From assembly GCF_001194135.2 (NCBI RefSeq), contig NC_069003.1, forward strand, positions 27,438,526 to 27,472,341: DNA of 33,816 bases, read 5' to 3'. The translations under genes and the position numbers were made by a program. Positions 31,625-33,816 of this stretch are shown piece after piece. Within the stretch, counting starts at the first letter, position 1; each line of letters starts with the position of its first letter. The notes under the pieces were generated by a model. It did not search any database and was not told where the DNA came from. It saw only the letters and a list, made by a program, of their open reading frames with translations. The DNA comes from Octopus bimaculoides. Taxonomy: Eukaryota.

Positions 31625-32153
31625 CATATATACGACGGGTTTCTTTTCAGTTTCTGTCTACCAAATCCACTCACAAGGCTTTGGTCGGCCTGAGGCTATA
31701 GTAGAAGACACTTGCCCCAGTGACTCAGCACTGAATCTGTCTGAAATGTAATAGAAAATAGGTCACATTGATGACCAGGTCACAAAAGCAAAGTTTGAAG
31801 GGAATAGTAGTCATTTCCTTTGATTTCTAGACAGAAACAAATAGGAAATAACACTTACTGAGAGAAAGAGAAAAAATTAAGCATTTTTGCAAAGTGATAC
31901 TCTATACTCAAATAAAAACATAGCATAAACTCAAATGGATGCACAAGAGAAGAAGAGAGAGAGAGAATAATTAAAAGCCTTATGAAACATAGAACTTGAA
32001 AACCAATACCTTTTCTATATTGCGTCGATGTTGATGCAACCTTCCTAAATCGATTTCTAGCACCTTCAAAAACTTGTCAATATATAGTGATAGTTTCTGG
32101 ATGGAATATTTCTGCTCGCTGGCACTTTCAGGAGTTTTATCAATGAAGTTCAT
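23806..32153 (-). CDS. STX17: Syntaxin-17 (autophagosomal Qa-SNARE), 7 coding exons, 327 aa
   Basis: complement join(32153-32010,28821-28590,27966-27767,26590-26540,26341-26255,25068-24936,23942-23806) = 984 nt; GT-AG, phases 0,1,0,0,0,1. Contains NAGRTVQQ, the SNARE motif NQQEKIDQIEEN, and the glycine-rich double TM hairpin IPLAGALVGGIVGGPIGFVACAKLGGVAAAMGGGLIGFVGG characteristic of STX17. Confidence 0.95.
24936..25068 (-). CDS. STX17: STX17 coding exon 6 (TM hairpin)
   Basis: ttacag|AGT; SAKIKTAMIPLAGALVGGIVGGPIGFVACAKLGGVAAAMGGGLI; G|gtaagt. Confidence 0.95.
25168..25366 (+). mobile_element. Family D repeat 3' part with (GAT)n tail
   Basis: GGCGTTAGGAAG...CAAACCATCCAACCCATGCCAGCATGGAAAG...GATGATGAT. 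Other copies at 24366-24597 (+), 5125-5297 (-), 4847-4931 (-), 18551-18740 (-), 14300-14415 (+) and 20783-21015. Confidence 0.8.
25756..25932. repeat. Perfect 40-bp inverted repeat with 97-bp spacer
   Basis: 25756-25795 is the exact reverse complement of 25893-25932. Confidence 0.92.
25952..26216 (-). mobile_element. CR1-like LINE 3' end with (ATT)n tail
   Basis: NVAEVWNKLPASVVSCRSTASFETSMLPEIRQHYT* (26216-26109), then 3' UTR and short-repeat tail. Confidence 0.8.
26255..26341 (-). CDS. STX17: STX17 coding exon 5
   Basis: gcttag|AAC; NQQEKIDQIEENLETAHDNIQAGAKSLSK; |gtacca. Confidence 0.93.
26540..26590 (-). CDS. STX17: STX17 coding exon 4 (51 nt)
   Basis: tttcag|AAT; NLVDLNQMVHDFSSLVE; |gtatgt. 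Confidence 0.92.
26650..26760. repeat. 42-bp tandem repeat made of two 21-bp subunits
   Basis: 26650-26691 vs 26692-26733 differ at 1 position; a partial third unit follows. Confidence 0.9.
27255..27715. repeat. Degenerate ~25-bp minisatellite, consensus ATGAGGCTGTGAACATGTCCAGTGA
   Basis: TGTGAAC/TGAACAT core recurring roughly every 25 bp in STX17 intron 3. Confidence 0.85.
27767..27966 (-). CDS. STX17: STX17 coding exon 3
   Basis: cctcag|CT; ...VYNVPQDSQAAESWQNLKE; |gtaagt. Confidence 0.9.
28163..28549 (+). mobile_element. Family B SINE, near full length, STX17 intron 2
   Basis: Same head, body, microsatellite and tail as 10116-10542. Confidence 0.88.
28590..28821 (-). CDS. STX17: STX17 coding exon 2
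   Basis: cttcag|TAT; YSRLDDLYSLNKEQVNAGRTVQQIKANIKELEK...EEEESD; G|gtcagt. Confidence 0.93.
29939..30174. mobile_element. Tc1/mariner-type MITE with TA duplication
   Basis: TA|CAAGGTGGCCCAAAGGTAGGTTTACAGTTAT ... ATAACTGTAAACCTACTCTTGGACCATCCTG|TA; 31-bp TIRs, 5 mismatches. Confidence 0.85.
30365..30700 (-). mobile_element. Non-LTR retrotransposon fragment with restriction-like endonuclease (R2/R4/Dong-type)
   Basis: TLSHIVSECSKLVQRHNNMIKFVH (zinc-knuckle end plus RHN) and, after a frameshift, HELEGVTENKEYKILWDFTIQRDFLVNAQRPDIVVADK (PD motif). Confidence 0.8.
31030..31279 (+). mobile_element. SINE-like family D with internal ~70-bp tandem units
   Basis: GGTGGCA(C/T)GT(G)AAAA repeated three times, then CACTACACTCTTGGAGTGGTTGGCGTTAGGAAGAGCATCCAGCTG. 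Confidence 0.75.
31373..31717 (-). mobile_element. Family B SINE, 5'-truncated, STX17 intron 1
   Basis: Reverse complement of 28225-28549 at high identity. Confidence 0.88.
31721..31866 (+). repeat. Right half of the long-TIR element also present at ~7530-7690
   Basis: Shared CCAGGTCACAAAAGCAAA(G/A)TTTGAAGGGAATAGTAGTCATTTCCTTTGATTTCTAGA block. Confidence 0.7.
32010..32153 (-). CDS. STX17: STX17 coding exon 1
   Basis: Acceptor tttcag| at 32170-32169, ATG at 32153; MNFIDK...LGRLHQHRRNIEK|gtattg. An upstream UTR exon is implied but was not found. Confidence 0.88.
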
Positions 32154-32294
32154 TGTTGATGCCTCTGGCTGAAATAACATAAAAAAAAATTTTTTTAAAT
32201 GTCAAGTAAGATATGTCAATTAACCTTTTAGCATTTAAACATGGCCATATATAGACACTGCCCCACCCCCCATATATATGCACATATACATATT

Positions 32295-32527
32295 CCTTTT
32301 ACTTGTTTCAGTCGTAAGACTGTGGCCATACTAGGGCACCACCTTGAAGAATTTTTAGTCAAACAATTCAACCCTAGTGTTTATTTTTTTTAAAGCCTGA
32401 TACTTATTCTATTGGTCCGTTTTGCTGAACAGCTAAGTGATAGGGATGTAACCACATCAGCACCAGTTGTCAAGCGGTGGCAGGGAACAAACACAGATAC
32501 AAAAACACACACACTGATATATACATA

Positions 32528-32598
<71 letters not shown>

Positions 32599-32724
32599 GC
32601 ACATCTTTCACTTTCAGTCTACCAAATCCATTCCAAAAGCTTTGGTTGGCCTGATACGGGGGATTGAACCCAGAACCATGTGGTTGGGAAGCAAGCTCAT
32701 TACCACACAGCCATGCCTACGCCT
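32295..32724 (-). mobile_element. Family B SINE, full length
   Basis: Head AGGCGTAGGCATGGCTGTGTGGTAA on minus strand, internal (TA)n(CA)n, tail GAAACAAGTAAAAG. Confidence 0.85.
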
Positions 32725-33515
32725 ATTTCCAGTCATTAAACAACATATTTCCTTTTGTTTTTTGTTTTTGTTATTTAAACTTTGGTTTTACATTACTCAT
32801 CATAATGTAAAAAAAAAAAGAAGAAAAAGAAATAAAATAGATAAAATTAACAAAACAAAAGCTGAAAGTGACAGTATGAATTCAGTGACAAATGCTGAAA
32901 GCGAAACTGGTAAAATAACAATTAGGTCATAATTAATCACAGTTAACTAATTATCTTCTTATACTTAAAGCTTGGCGGAACCAAAACAGAACTCAAAAGC
33001 CTCATTAAATCATGTACTCTCTGCATTGTCCTTTGTTTTTTTTATATAATGAAACTTATTTTATTGGTCTCTGTTTGGCAAACAGCTCAGTTACAGGGAT
33101 GTAAACAAGCCAACGTTATGTTGGATGGTGGAAAAACATAAACACACACAAATACATATGTACACATGTTATGGGGCAACAAAGTCAGGGATGTATACAT
33201 CTGTAGTAATGCCCTTTATTTATACGATTTTTTTCATTTCATATTTATTTCCTTCAGTGTTTTCAATGTCCTCTCTCTCTTTCACACACACACTGCAAAG
33301 CTTACAGATTAGCTACTGAATTGAAATCTCTATGCAGCTTTGAGGGGAGGGTAAAACTTGAGACAAACTGCAACTCCCTCTGTTGTTGGGCTACCGTGAT
33401 GTTTGTTTAAAAGAGAGAGATTATGACTGTGATGTGATAATGAAAATATTTACTAAGTAAGGGAGCACTATTATAAAAAGAAGGTGATCATGTACATACT
33501 TTCTTGCTGTTGTGA

Positions 33516-33816
33516 TTATAACACCTCATTATAAACTATGTTCCTTGTTTTCTCTTGTGGAGCATATGCAAATAGGTTTTTTTGTTGCTGCCCACTCTTG
33601 AGCAGCCAACATACAGTTGTCCATGTGAGAAGCAGGGCTCTTCCAAGAGAAGACCAGCTATAGACAGTGTTTGACCCTGATATTTGTTTATGGACATGGC
33701 AAAAGTCACACGAAGGGGGAATTGTAGTCTTCTGAATGTAAAAGGAATGTCTGCTCCTGATGGAGTAAGAGGAATTCTTGGAATAAAGACGTCATCCCCT
33801 TTTGCACATCCAGAAA
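33516..33816 (-). mobile_element. Helitron PIF1-like helicase C-terminal remnant, frameshifted, truncated by window end
   Basis: SGCAKGDDVFIPRIPLTPSGADIPFTFRRLQFPLRVTFAMSINKYQGQTLSIAGLLLEEPCFSHGQLYVGCSRV; a frame shift at the A7 run (33567-33573) continues LFAYAPQEKTRNIVYNEVL*. Confidence 0.9.

Overview
AT-rich animal genomic DNA with five assembly gaps and dense microsatellites. The tRNA-derived SINE families resemble those of octopus, so a coleoid cephalopod is inferred but not proven. Two convergent spliced housekeeping genes can be assembled by hand with GT-AG junctions and consistent phases. FARSA (phenylalanyl-tRNA synthetase alpha) is on + with 13 coding exons at 1496-14710 (492 aa). 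STX17 (syntaxin-17) is on - with 7 coding exons at 32153-23806 (327 aa); its 5' UTR exon was not located. Introns and the ~9 kb intergenic region contain at least four SINE-like families, Tc1/mariner- and piggyBac-like MITEs, a non-autonomous Helitron, a Helitron PIF1-helicase remnant, and CR1/L2, RLE-type and possibly Tx1 LINE fragments. The most notable observations are: three minimal hammerhead-ribozyme-like motifs of the Penelope/retrozyme type, one with an intact core in FARSA intron 6; a STX17 intronic minisatellite carrying p53 consensus half-sites; a perfect 40-bp inverted repeat inside a 15-bp-duplication-flanked insert; and inverted SINE pairs that could form ADAR or back-splicing substrates. 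Almost all ORFs in the supplied track are spurious (microsatellite, gap or TE derived) or are exon read-throughs.
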